The notes beneath the pieces were generated by a model, which saw only the letters and a list, made by a program, of their open reading frames with translations, did no database searches and had not been told where the DNA came from. A stretch of 64,000 nucleotides of DNA from Eledone cirrhosa (Eukaryota), in assembly GCA_964016885.1 (NCBI GenBank), contig OZ024743.1:121334001-121398000 (forward strand). Direction: 5' to 3'. A program made the position numbers and the translations under genes. Each line of letters starts with the position of its first letter. Position 1 is the first letter of the stretch. This document shows, piece by piece, positions 13,586 to 27,830 of this stretch.

Positions 13586-15379
13586 GATAGATAGATAGAT
13601 AGATACATTGCTATGTGGGTAGCTAGGTACGTTGGTTTGTAAGTAGGTAGACAGATAGGTACATAGATAGGTAGATATATAGGTAAGTAGGTAGGTAGGT
13701 AGGAATGTAGGTTCGTAGGTATGTATGTATGTATGTATGTATGTATGTATGTATGTATGTATGTAGGTAGGTAGGTAGGTAGGTAGGTAGGTAGGTAGGT
13801 AGGTAGGTAGGTAGGTAGTGGGTAGGTAGGTAGGTAGAAAGATAGAGCCAAAAGTAAAACATGACTGTAACAAAGAAAGTGAAGGAATGAGAAAGTGTGA
13901 AAATATAATTTGAAATATAATCAATACACATACGACAAACTATTGTCTTGCTAGTATTAATTTACTAAATTGACTACAGTTATTTATTATTTTTTTCGTT
14001 TACAACATCCAACACGGGCAATATTTGTTGCTGACTTGCAGCAAGTTGCTAGTTGGAGAGAAGCTTGCTTTAATTACTATGTATAGTAGACAGAATTCTC
14101 TGCTATATCTATCAGCGTTTAGCTAACAGAAACTCTGTAGTTAGAATTGACCTTTCATTTCATTTAAAATAAACAGAATAGGATTAAAAGCTGAAAGCTG
14201 ACTACTTAAGTAAGATCATTTATATTTCATTTTATTTCTAGTGCTGGAAATATATATATATATATATATTTACTTCTAGCATCACAAATCTCAAACGTAG
14301 CGTTGTCGTGCTGCTATTTCAGTTGTCATAATCAAACGAGTTTATACTACTTGATATTTTCCTTCAATTTTCATGCATAATGAACAAGAATATAATGTAA
14401 AAATCGTATGTATAAAATTACTTCTTGGGAGATTATGCAATACAGAGAGCGTGCAGCATGCTGTGATATTATATGGGAAAAATTTCCAATGTAAAGTAAC
14501 AGAGAAAAAATGAAATAGTAGTGACAAAGTCAATGTGACAAATAGAAATAGTAACCGCATAGTATTTAAGTAATAAAAGAAACAAATTTCGATCCGAAGA
14601 AAGATACTATAAATCTAATCCACATTCAATGACATACAAAAAAAATCTATCAATTCAATATATTGTTTGGATTACAACCTTACTAGAATATTTTGCTGCC
14701 GTAGATGAAGAAATATTTATGGAAATACTCTCCACTAAGTGGTACATAAAAATAAGCGAAACCAAAAAAAAAAAATGTTTTGGGGATATCACCATCAATT
14801 AAGGGTAAAATGTTTGTACCGAAAGTATTCAGTAAAGGGTTGTATCTTTTCATATCTAAATTTTGGAGCATGTTAAATGTCATAAATTATATTAATGTGG
14901 CCATTTTGATGAAAGTGCCAGATTCTAAAGAAAGGTTTTAGCTAATATAGTTAGTCAAAACAAATGAGGAACTGGCATGTACTGCTTGCGTGTGCATGTT
15001 AATATATATACAATGAATTTTATGTTACTTCGTCTTTAAACAAATACACATAGAGTGTCACCACATGCTAAATACAGACAATAATTTGAACACCTTATGC
15101 TTAAATGAACAGTCGACTGCTTATTTCATATATTTTCAAATAAATATTATAAATCTGCTCTTTTATTTTCAAGAAATTTTTAAACACAGCATTAATAGTT
15201 TTTACGAATTTATTTTTAATACAAATTATTTATGCAACCGTATCTAATATGAACCTCCCGCCGTCGATGAAAAATATTCATGTTATACACACAGAAACAC
15301 ACACAAGCACGCATACTCACACACGACTATATATGAGTGTGTGAGAGTGGTTGTGAGTGTTGTGATACGTGTGTTTATG

Positions 15380-15453
<74 letters not shown>

Positions 15454-15463
15454 TAGTTATGTG

Positions 15464-15545
<82 letters not shown>

Positions 15546-15584
15546 TGTATATATACATACTTATATAATATATATATTTATATC

Positions 15585-15635
<51 letters not shown>

Positions 15636-15736
15636 TGTATATATACATATTTATATAATATATATATTTATATCGTATATATATATATATATATTTTTAT
15701 ATATATATACATATATGTAAATATATATTTATATCG

Positions 15737-15918
<182 letters not shown>

Positions 15919-16079
15919 AGGGGAGATAATGACACGGGATTTGAATATTTAAGAAATCAAACTGAAAATTCAAAATTAAAAAAACATGGTTTTCCCACGC
16001 CGCATTCTCATAGTTTTTGATATTACAATATGATAAATTGAAACACTCTTCATTGAATACTTATATACACATGTATATG

Positions 16080-16125
<46 letters not shown>

Positions 16126-16132
16126 TCATATA

Positions 16133-16236
<104 letters not shown>

Positions 16237-16303
16237 CATATATATATATACATATATATATACATATATATATACATATATATATATATACATATATATA
16301 TAC

Positions 16304-16403
<100 letters not shown>

Positions 16404-16484
16404 GATTCTACAGGACTAGAACAACTATTTCATTCTTTAGAAATCATCAGGAATCTGGCTGTCCAGAAAAATAAAATGTTGTGG

Positions 16485-16631
<147 letters not shown>

Positions 16632-16702
16632 TATATATATATATCTATATATATATATATCTATATATATATATACATATGTCGATATATATATATATAT
16701 AC

Positions 16703-16756
<54 letters not shown>

Positions 16757-16802
16757 CATATGTCGATATATATCAATATATATACATATTTATACGTTTA
16801 TA

Positions 16803-16835
<33 letters not shown>

Positions 16836-16841
16836 GTATAC

Positions 16842-16917
<76 letters not shown>

Positions 16918-16919
16918 AC

Positions 16920-17015
<96 letters not shown>

Positions 17016-17115
17016 GTATATTTATATATATATATTTATATATATATATATGTATATATATATATGTATATATATGTATATATATATATATATATGTGTG
17101 TGTGTATATATATGT

Positions 17116-17174
<59 letters not shown>

Positions 17175-17175
17175 C

Positions 17176-17229
<54 letters not shown>

Positions 17230-17239
17230 ATATATATGT

Positions 17240-17334
<95 letters not shown>

Positions 17335-17600
17335 TATATATATATATATATATATATACATTATATATATATATATATATATATATAATGACACTGGTTT
17401 CAAACATAGCTCCCATTATTTAAGAAATTAATCTGAGAATTCCAAATTAAAAAAACTACTCTTTTCCCACGCAGCTTTCACGTGGTTCTTATTTTACAAT
17501 ATGGTTAATTATAGCACTGTTGATTAAATACACATAAAAGCAGCTTGTTATGCGTGCTCAACTGTTGGGAGTTAAATGATCTATGGAAGAAAGGACTATG

Positions 17601-17819
<219 letters not shown>

Positions 17820-17850
17820 GCCCACCTGGTTCCTTACCACACTTCCTTCG

Positions 17851-17903
<53 letters not shown>

Positions 17904-18106
17904 TGTGTTTCAGAAGATTCCGTTAAGGGTGAAAGCAGTGATTCTTTGCTTAAACTTTAATCTGCTATTTTAATAAATATATATATATGTGTATACATAT
18001 ATATATATATATATGTATGTATATATATATATATATACATGTATATATGTGTACATATATATATATATGAGTGTGTGTGTGTATGTATATATATATGTGT
18101 TTGTAT

Positions 18107-18315
<209 letters not shown>

Positions 18316-18594
18316 AATGCATATTTACATACTTACATACATACATGCATACGTACATACATATTAGCATACTTGTAATGGTCTCAACGTTAATTAAGGT
18401 ATTAGTTGAGAATATCAGGTAAAGTATGAAGGTACATGGAAAACGTAAGTAGCTATTCCATGTACATGCGTATTTTACCTACTTTTCTCAATTAATTATA
18501 GTGATGAGTTTTATTATTATGGTCACGTACGATGGGACTACTACATTTTATACTCCAAATTTCCTCAACATTTCTCAAGTCAACTTGAGGTTCC

Positions 18595-18625
<31 letters not shown>

Positions 18626-18857
18626 AAATACATGTGTGTGTATATATATATATATAATAGATAGATATAGACACACACGGCCGATTGAACACGTTTTCGA
18701 GACTAGAAATAGGCAGTAACTTAACCACTAACATACTAGTCGATACATCTCCTCCGATCAATCGAATCCCTGAAACGATCGTAAGACAATGAACTAACTC
18801 TCTATCCACACCTGACTACTGTTTTTATTGTATATATACTCACCTGACTACTGTTTT

Positions 18858-18913
<56 letters not shown>

Positions 18914-20516
18914 TATATACACACGTATATGTATGTATGTATGAATCTATGTATGTATGTAAGCGTGTATGTATGTTTTATGTGCAAACGTTACTTCCTC
19001 AGCACATGTTTTATCTGAACTGAATTTTCTTTCGCGCTACTCTAGTTTCAAGTCAGATTTATATCCTGTCTGAAAAGGGTAGTAGCGTGAAACTGGTCAA
19101 AAGGAAAGGAAATTCAATTTGAATTATATGTATTGGAAGTGAGGACGTTTCGAAATATTAAAGATTCTTGCGAATACATCCCTGTGATTCTATCACCACT
19201 GCGTTTGATCTTTTATCGGGTGTGGTGTTACAACTTTATTACTAATAGAAAAAAAAAATAATACAAAACATCATAAAAGAATTAATATATTCGATTTCAT
19301 TTAAGATAAATTTATAAAGAATCACAGTAATTCTGAAATAATTATTCCACATAATGCTATTTTTCAAATAAATTACTTTATAAATAAATTACTTTATCAA
19401 CGTAGTGTTTTTCGTTTCTGGTTTCTTTAATAGAAGTCCCCCTATATATATACAGAGAGAGAGAGAGCATGAGTGTGTTTTGTGAATGCATATATATATG
19501 TATTTGTCTGTATGTGTGTAGGAACAAATATATGTACATACATACATATATACATATATGCGTACATACATACATATATACATACATACATACAAATATA
19601 CATACAGGCATACGTGCGTGCATACATACAAATATATGTATGTATTTATGTATCTACATGTGCATATATGTACGTATAGGTCTAAATATATATACATATA
19701 TGTGTGTTTGTACATGTGTGTAAGTATGTGTGTAGTATATGTGTATGTATGTATAATCTTCACCTCATTTGACTTATTTGCCCTTGTCAATGACCGTCAT
19801 CGTATTTCATTCAAGTTATAATTAAATAATTTAATTTTTTTTTTACAAACCGACTTTAAGAGAATAATTCGACGCCCATAAATAGCAGTTTCGCTTTACT
19901 TATACTGTTAAAAATCTTTATATAATTATCAATAACATATCTATTCTCGATCGATGTTCTTTATGTCTATGATGAACGTCACGCAAACACATTATTAGAA
20001 AGTTGCAGTGTTGACTCTTAACAATGCAACAAATTCTGTCTCTTGCATTAGCCAGTGGAAATTCGTATTCTATATTTATATACTTATAGTAGTTTGCGTG
20101 TGTGTCTATGCGTATTATGTGCGCACGACTGCGTGTCTTCCCACTCGGTCATTCTCCTAAACATTTGCATGCACATTCCGCAAAGGTAAGAAATAATTTG
20201 AAGGGAAGTAACTACATGTACACTAGTTTGAGTTATCTTTTAAATGGCTGCTATGAATAAATTAAGCAATGAAATTGGCAATTTCTTCTGCCACGTGCAG
20301 TAGTTTGAATCCTTTACAAGGAAATTACCTCTCTCTACCAATTTACTTCGTTTTTTCCATTCCACCACCCCTCTCTTTCACACACACACACATCCACCCC
20401 CACCCCACCCTCACATAGCCACACCTATACCTATTTATCTCTACTTCCTTTTCTCTGTGTATATATACATGTGTATATGTGTGTATGTATATGTGTCTGT
20501 GAGTGTGTCTGCTTAT

Positions 20517-20555
<39 letters not shown>

Positions 20556-20615
20556 TTAATATAGAAAGGCTTCTTTCTTAGTGGTGGTTAAGAGGGGCAC
20601 AAAGAGTGCTAAAAG

Positions 20616-20775
20616 ATAAGTTTATCTCGGGTTCAATCGGGGGTATACATATATACATATATATATTTATACATACATATATACATATATATATTTATAC
20701 ATACATATATACATATATATATTTATACATACATATATACATATATATATTTATACATACATATATACATATATA

Positions 20776-20850
<75 letters not shown>

Positions 20851-20969
20851 CCTACATATATATACATATATATATACACATATATATATATACATATATA
20901 TACATATATATATATATATAGATAGATACATGTATGTATATATATATTTATATATATATATACATGTAT

Positions 20970-21051
<82 letters not shown>

Positions 21052-21242
21052 ATATATGTATATATATATACATACATGTATCTATCTATATATATATGTA
21101 TATATATGTATATATATATGTATATATATATATGTATATATATGTATATATATGTAGGTATGTGTATATATATTTATATATATATTTATATATATATGTA
21201 TATATGTATGTATACCCCCGATTGAACCCGGGATAAACTTAT
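20616..21242. repeat. ~35-bp inverted repeat enclosing ~560 bp of TA-rich microsatellite
   Basis: ataagtttatctcgggttcaatcgggggtatacat ... atgtatacccccgattgaacccgggataaacttat (1 mismatch). Confidence 0.85.
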
Positions 21243-21624
21243 ATATATATGGGACTATTGATGCTTATGTCTCTTTTATATTCTACCATTGTAAACTACC
21301 ACATGTTTCTACAATCACGAGGCTTAACCAAAGTTAATGGAACACGTGTGGTGGAAGATTAAGCGATGTGGCAATATAAGCACAACTGAAACTGAAAGTA
21401 ATAGTAATTTTTTTTTTTTTTTAAATTACATGAATAATAATAATAATGATAATGATTTCTAGTATAGGCACAGGCCCAGCAATTTTTTTTTTGGGGGGGG
21501 GGGGGGGGCGATTAAATCGTTCCCCAGTATATTACTGGTGCTTTATTGTATCGACTCCGTTAGGATGAAAGGCATTGCTAACCTCGGCAGGATTAATAAT
21601 AGTAATAATAATAATAATAATAAT

Positions 21625-21780
21625 ACTTTCTTTATTAACCACAAGGGTTTACATAAAGTAGACATTAAGGACAGTACAGGACAATACAGTACAGGACAAT
21701 ACAGTCTCCCCCCTATTGGGGAATTTATTATTATCATTTTTTTTTTTGTTACATCTTCTGTTTTTGTTTTTTTTACACGC

Positions 21781-21829
<49 letters not shown>

Positions 21830-21930
21830 GTAATGGTTTCTTTATTAGCCACACAGGGCTTACATTAAGAAGACAATAAGGGCGGTACACAGAAAGTACA
21901 GTTTGTGTGTGCGTGGGGTGGAGTGGGGTT
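21625..21930 (-). mobile_element. Two Tx1-like 3'-end fragments in (TAA)n
   Basis: ctttctttattaaccacaaggg and gtttctttattagccacacaggg each directly follow a (TAA)n tract. They share the terminal motif of 13058 and 37925. Confidence 0.65.
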
Positions 21931-22759
21931 AATAATAATTGTAATAAACCTTACTCAAATGATTTTGTTTTACAACTGGCTATTTTAAGTGGAGGTCAAA
22001 TAAACTAGTGGTTAATCTGTTATTTAATAGCTTTACTAATTTAAACCACATATAACACTTCTTGTAGTGGTAGAATTCTTCCGACCGTAATTTCGAATCG
22101 ATACTCATAACAATAACCTTCCAAATGACTTTTCCTCCTCTTTCTTAAACGTTTCTGTCATAGATAAATATTATTTCAAATAGCTGTGTTGGTTTTATTT
22201 ATTTTTTACATTTAGAAATAAAATCTGATACTATATTGTCATAGGATTGCTTCCTTTTCATACTTTCACCATTCTTCTAAGTGCATTAAGAGGTAGTAGT
22301 AGTAGTGTTTCTGGTAATTGCAGGTGTATGTTGTGTATATGTGCATGAGTTTATTACATCTTTGTGTCAATGTATATCTTGAGAAAGATAGAACTGTGTC
22401 TGTGTGTCAGGTTTTAATTCTACCAAACGCAATGGTAGTTTAGAAGCTTATTCTCTTAGCAAATGTTAAATGCTATTCTTATTTCATAAACATTCCTTTA
22501 CGTCATGGTTTAAATTTTTCTAGTTTTTCGATTCTCTTCAGCTGCTTTATTCCATCATGCTATATTCGCATATAACTGCTATATAAGCGCATGTACGTGC
22601 CGTATGATAAAGGTTGTTATGGCATTTTATGTTATGATCTATTTGTCTTTTTTATAGCTTCCATACTGTATCATTTAGGCATTAGGTTTGCTTACTTGCA
22701 TTTACAAGCTAGCAAACATATTTGACAACATGATAGCAAAATTAAGGCTACATGGATGC

Positions 22760-22790
<31 letters not shown>

Positions 22791-22858
22791 TAGATAGATA
22801 GATAGATAGAGGTATATACAAATATATATATATATATATACATATATGCATATATGTG

Positions 22859-22935
<77 letters not shown>

Positions 22936-23106
22936 CTATATATGTGTGTGTGTGTGTGTGTGTGTATATTTATGTGTGTGTGTGTCTGTATTTATTTATC
23001 TGTCTATCTATCTATTTCTCTCTCTCACTCTCTATCTATCTATCTATCTATCTATCTCTATCTCTCTCTCTCTCGCTTTCTCTCTCTCTCTCTCTGTATA
23101 TATATT

Positions 23107-23158
<52 letters not shown>

Positions 23159-23164
23159 TGTGTG

Positions 23165-23345
23165 AGTATCGGTAGAGGGTCGGGCGCCATGCTTTGCAGC
23201 ATAGAGTTACGGCCCTTTATGATCTGAGTTCAAATCCCGCCGAGGTTAACTTTGCCTTTCATTTTTACGGGGTCGATAAAATAAAAGTACCAGTAATGTA
23301 CTGGATAATTGCTGGCCATGTGCCTAATGTAGAAAACAATATTAT
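23165..23345 (+). mobile_element. tRNA-derived SINE with (ATT)n tail
   Basis: Match to the 7762 family. Confidence 0.88.
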
Positions 23346-23355
23346 TATTATTATT

Positions 23356-24400
23356 GTTCTTTGAGTTGATGTTATTTAACTGGAAAGTTTGTTGAAATGA
23401 ATATCAAGCCACTACCTGCAGCCTCAGATATTCAGGTCTTATCGGAGGGTTCTTGCTGTTCCCAGCAAGTATGCCTTTTGAAGTGTTCCAAAAAGCGGGC
23501 TGGACTAATTTTCTTTAACCATCCTTGGAAACTCTTTGAGATAGTACCTAGTGCGCCTATGACAATCGGGACGACCTTGACCTCATGGCAGTTCCAAATC
23601 CTTTTTACCTCCCACTTTAAGTCCTGGTATCGGTTAATTTTCTCCCTCTCCTTTTCTGGCACTCTCGTGTCAAATGGGCAGGCTACATCTACAATCAGGC
23701 ACGATCTTCTTTCCTTGTCCAAAACCACCAGGTCAGGCCTATTGTGTTCTAATTTCTTGTCTGTCTGTATCCTAAAATCCCATAGCACCCTCACCTGATC
23801 GTTTTCTATCACCGACTCTGGCTTATGCTCATACCACTTATCAGAATGTGGTAAATTGTTTACTTTGCATAGATCCAGTGGATCACCCTGCCTATTACAT
23901 CATGTCTCCTGCTTTTATAGTGAGTCTGGGCTAGGTGATTACACTCGGATACAATGTGAGCCACAGTTATCTCTCTCTCTCTCCACAGATCCTACACAGT
24001 GGGCTAGCCCCCTCCTTGTAAATATGGTGTTTCAGCTACTTCGTACTGAGGGCCTGCTCTTGCGCAGCCATTAGCATTCCTTCTGTAGCTTTTTTAATGT
24101 CTCCTCTTTTTAACCAGTTCCATGTCTATGGATCTCTAAATTCAGTTTTCTCAAAGAAGGTACTATGAAGGGATTTTTCATGAAGGTTGCTCTTCCTCCT
24201 TGTTATTTTCTAGTCTATTGTCCCCTAGTCTATTGTCCTCTCGTTCAGTACAATTCTGAGCATTGGCTCCCTACTGTCGGTCACGTATTTGTGCAGGTTG
24301 TTTTTCTCCATCTGAACACAGTCCTCTATGCTGATAAGACCTCTTCCACCTTCAGTTCTCTTTATCGACATCACTCCTCTTGTGGAACATGTTGTAGATA
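23356..24400 (-). mobile_element. 5'-truncated R4/Dong-like LINE, family B (REL endonuclease)
   Basis: ORF 23432-23812: VLWDFRIQTDKKLEHNRPDLVVLDK...IVDVACPFD...KINRYQDL...VPIVIGALG. Upstream RH and GGRGL remnants. The 3' end runs into (TAA)n. Confidence 0.9.
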
Positions 24401-24404
24401 GTCA

Positions 24405-25843
24405 GCTATGTGAAAGGACCCCATTTGTTGTCACAACATCTTTCTAGGAGAGGGGAAACTCTGAAAAAAGAAACCTGCGGCTTCGGAAGTATCCGATGAT
24501 GTTGACCAGCTTTCAATGCTTAGAGAGTGGCATTGGTCGAGTGCAAGGCCTTTCCCCGCTTAAAAAACATTCAAAGCATAGACATTGCTTGTCAGGATAT
24601 GTTGCAGTTTGGTGTGATTGGCCGGAGCCTAAAAATGCACCATTTTCTATAATCTGACAAGCGATTGGAATACTTTTAACAGAGTTTGCAGCCACCATGT
24701 ATGTACGTATGTATGTATGTATGTATGTATGTCAGGTCAGGTCACCAGTTGGTGCTACTGGAAACATGTATCCCAGTACAACCTGTCTCATGGTCGGGTC
24801 GTTGGCGACTAAACTGGCAACCCCACCAAGGTATCTTGGTGAGGAGGGTGACTTTGGACATCCTGCAGGACTAAAAACAAAACCTGTCAAAGAGCAAAGG
24901 ACCTCTTAAGAGTCAATGGCCATCCAAAATCACCGGGAGAGATGACCCCTTAGCCTTCGTCAAGGCAGAATTCTAGGAGAAGGAAAACTCTGATATAACA
25001 CCTGCAACCCTGATGGTATCCAATGATGTTGACTTATTCTTCTTTTTGGTAAATATCATCTTGGTTAAGAGAGTGGGACTGGCTTTGTGCAGTGCCATTG
25101 CTCACTATAAAAGCTTCACGGCACAAGCGTTGCTTTATATCTGGAGATCTCTCTGCACTTGTCATCACGTGGTACCATGGGCCCAGCACTATGTGTCAGT
25201 AATTGTCACAAGTATAGTGTTTGTACCAGAGTTTTCAAGTCGCTGGCTGGACTAAAAAGTCACACTCGTTCAGCGCATCGGTAGAGGTTCTCCTACATGG
25301 ATATAAAGTAGTGGCTGTACTCGAAAACGAGTTGGCAGCCACCATATATATATATATGTATATATATATGTATGTATATATATATGTATATGTATGTATA
25401 TATGTGAGTATATATGTATGTATATGTATATGTACTTGGAGAGATAACCCCTTAGCCTTTGTCAAGGCAGAATTCTAGAAGGAAAACTCTCATATAACAC
25501 CTGCAACCCTGATGGTATCCAATGATGTTGACTTATTCTTCTTTTTGGTAAATATCATCTTGGTTAAGAGAGTGGAACTGGCTTTGTGCAGTGCCATTGC
25601 TCACTATAAAAGCTTCACGGCACAGGCGTTGCTTTATATCTGGAGATCTCTCTGCACTTGTCATCACATAGTACCATGGGCCCAGCACTATGTGTCAGTA
25701 ATTGTCACAAGTATAGTGTTTGTACCAGAGTTTTCAAGTCGCTGGCTGGACTACAAAGTCACACTCGTTCAGCGCATCGGTAGCGGTTCTCCTACATGGA
25801 TATAAGGTGGTGGCCGTACTCGAAAACGAGTTGGCAGCCACCA
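24405..25843 (+). mobile_element. Three tandem copies of a non-coding RTE-derived retroposon (diverged 24405-24697; ~full 24732-25343; 5'-truncated 25438-25843), each with an (ATGT)n-type tail
   Basis: RTE 5'UTR-like motif tctaggagaaggaaaactctga and shared 3' terminus gagtt(g/t)gcagccacc followed by an atgtatgt/atat tail. Copies 2 and 3 are near-identical. Confidence 0.75.
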
Positions 25844-25857
25844 TGTATGTATGTATG

Positions 25858-27224
25858 ATCTCTGATTTTATAATTTCACAAATGTTTGCCAATAGGGAGA
25901 GAGTCGGTTTCTAACATAGACACAAGACTCTCTCATTGGAATTTGCACATCAACTAGGTAGATTATGTATGCATGTCTGCATGTGTAGATATGGATGTTA
26001 TTGTATGTGTGGATGTGGATGTTTTGAATTGTATGTGTGCATGTGTATATGCTTTGTATCTGTATATGTGTATATACAGTTATTAGATGCAACATTTTTT
26101 GAATGTTTTACATATTTTTACTGTTCCATTAATGGATTGTACTTGTAATTTCCTAACTAGTTGTGTTCTTTCTGTTCCTGTGAAGCCTAGCTTCTCAAGA
26201 TTTGTATTGAGGCAGTTATTAACATACCCCAGTGCCCCAATAATCACAGGGATAAATCTGAAGGTGTAATCAGGGTGGAGTATCTGCAGATTTCTCATCA
26301 GTTCTGCATAAATATTCCTCTTTTCGCTAATCTTTGATACTATATTGGCATCTGCTGGGCAGTTAATTTCCACTACTGTGCATGATTTCTTCTCCCTGTC
26401 CCATATCATAATATCTGGTCTGTTATGCCTGGGGTTTTTACTGGAACATTCCACCAGTACTCTTTCATATTATGTACATGGATGTCTTCCACATTGCTGT
26501 AGCTTTTAATGTGTTTATTATCGGGGCTATCTTTTTTACAAACTGCATTGTACAGTGTTTTGGCCACTACATCATGCCTCATAGGTAGATAGTACTGCGA
26601 TGACATCTTTGGACAGCTGCTGATGACATGAGTGATATCCGCGATGTTAGTTCTGCAGATTCTGCACTTGTTATCACATCTAGGTGCTTTGCCTGCATCC
26701 CTATCTTTTGTTAATCAGGTATTTCGTATTAATCTCCTGTTCTTGGATTGCAAAAGCGTATCCTTCAAAGTGAGAGCCAATATAGCGGTTGTTGGTCCAG
26801 GATAGACTACTTTCCCTATCTATATTACTCTGGAGCTTCCTGGAACATATCTATGATTTTTTGCTGATAAGCATGCAGTTTTTCATCCAGGGATTCACTG
26901 CGATACTGCTGAGCGGATTCCCTGGGTGTGAGTTTTTGATTATCACACAGGGAATATCTCTCGAGGAGTTCCTTCCCAACTCTCATGATCTTATCTGTGT
27001 CATGCAGATAGACTTGCTCGAGAAACGGGCTCCTACGCTTCGAGGTTCGTAGATGTTGTCGGAGAGATATGATGCGACATTCAAATGTTGTCTGGACTGA
27101 TGTTAGGCCTCTGTCTCCCTGCTTACGTTTCAAGTAAAGGCGGTCTATGTCACTGTTGATGTGGAAGTTTCCGGTGTTGTTTAGTATTTTTTGAGTTCCA
27201 ACATCAACTGCTCGCATTTCGTCT
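25858..27224 (-). mobile_element. 5'-truncated R4/Dong-like LINE, family C copy 1, flanked by (CATA)n on both sides
   Basis: SDIDRLYLKRKQGDRGL, CCHC remnant (CRICRT...ITHVISSC), YLPMRHD, NRPDIMIWD...VVEINCP, IPVIIGALG. Confidence 0.9.
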
Positions 27225-27329
27225 ATGTATGTATGTATGTATGTATATACGTATGTATGCATTATGTATGTATGTATGTATGTATGTATGTATGTGTGTG
27301 TATTTTCTGGTTTCATTATTTTATACATT

Positions 27330-27448
27330 GCCGTTCTGAGTTCAAATCCCACAGAGGTTAACTTTGCCTTTCATCCTTACCGGGTCAATAAAATAAAGTA
27401 CCAGTAATGCACTAGGTAATTGCTGGCCTTGTGCCTAAAGTAGAAACA
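27330..27448 (+). mobile_element. 5'-truncated SINE with 15-bp target-site duplication
   Basis: attattttatacatt at 27315-27329 and 27449-27463. Confidence 0.88.
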
Positions 27449-27830
27449 ATTATTTTATACATTTTTATTATTAGAGAGAGAAAGAGCCGGTTTCTAACAT
27501 AGACACAAGACTCATTGGAATTTAGACAACAAATAAGTAGATTTGAACGCATGTCTATACGTGTGCGTGTGTGTAGGTGTGTGCAGCTATGGATGTTATG
27601 TGTGGATATGTATGTTTTGTGTTATATGTGCATACGTGCATATGTTTTGTATTTATACATATGTATATGGAGTTATTACATGCAGAATTCTTTGGAAAAT
27701 TTTACATGTTTTTACTGTTCCTTTAATGGATTGTACTTCTCACTTCCTAACTAATCGTGGTCTGTCTGGTTCTGCCCAGCTTCTCAAGATTTGTATTGAG
27801 GCAGTTGCTAACATATCCCAGCCCCAATAA

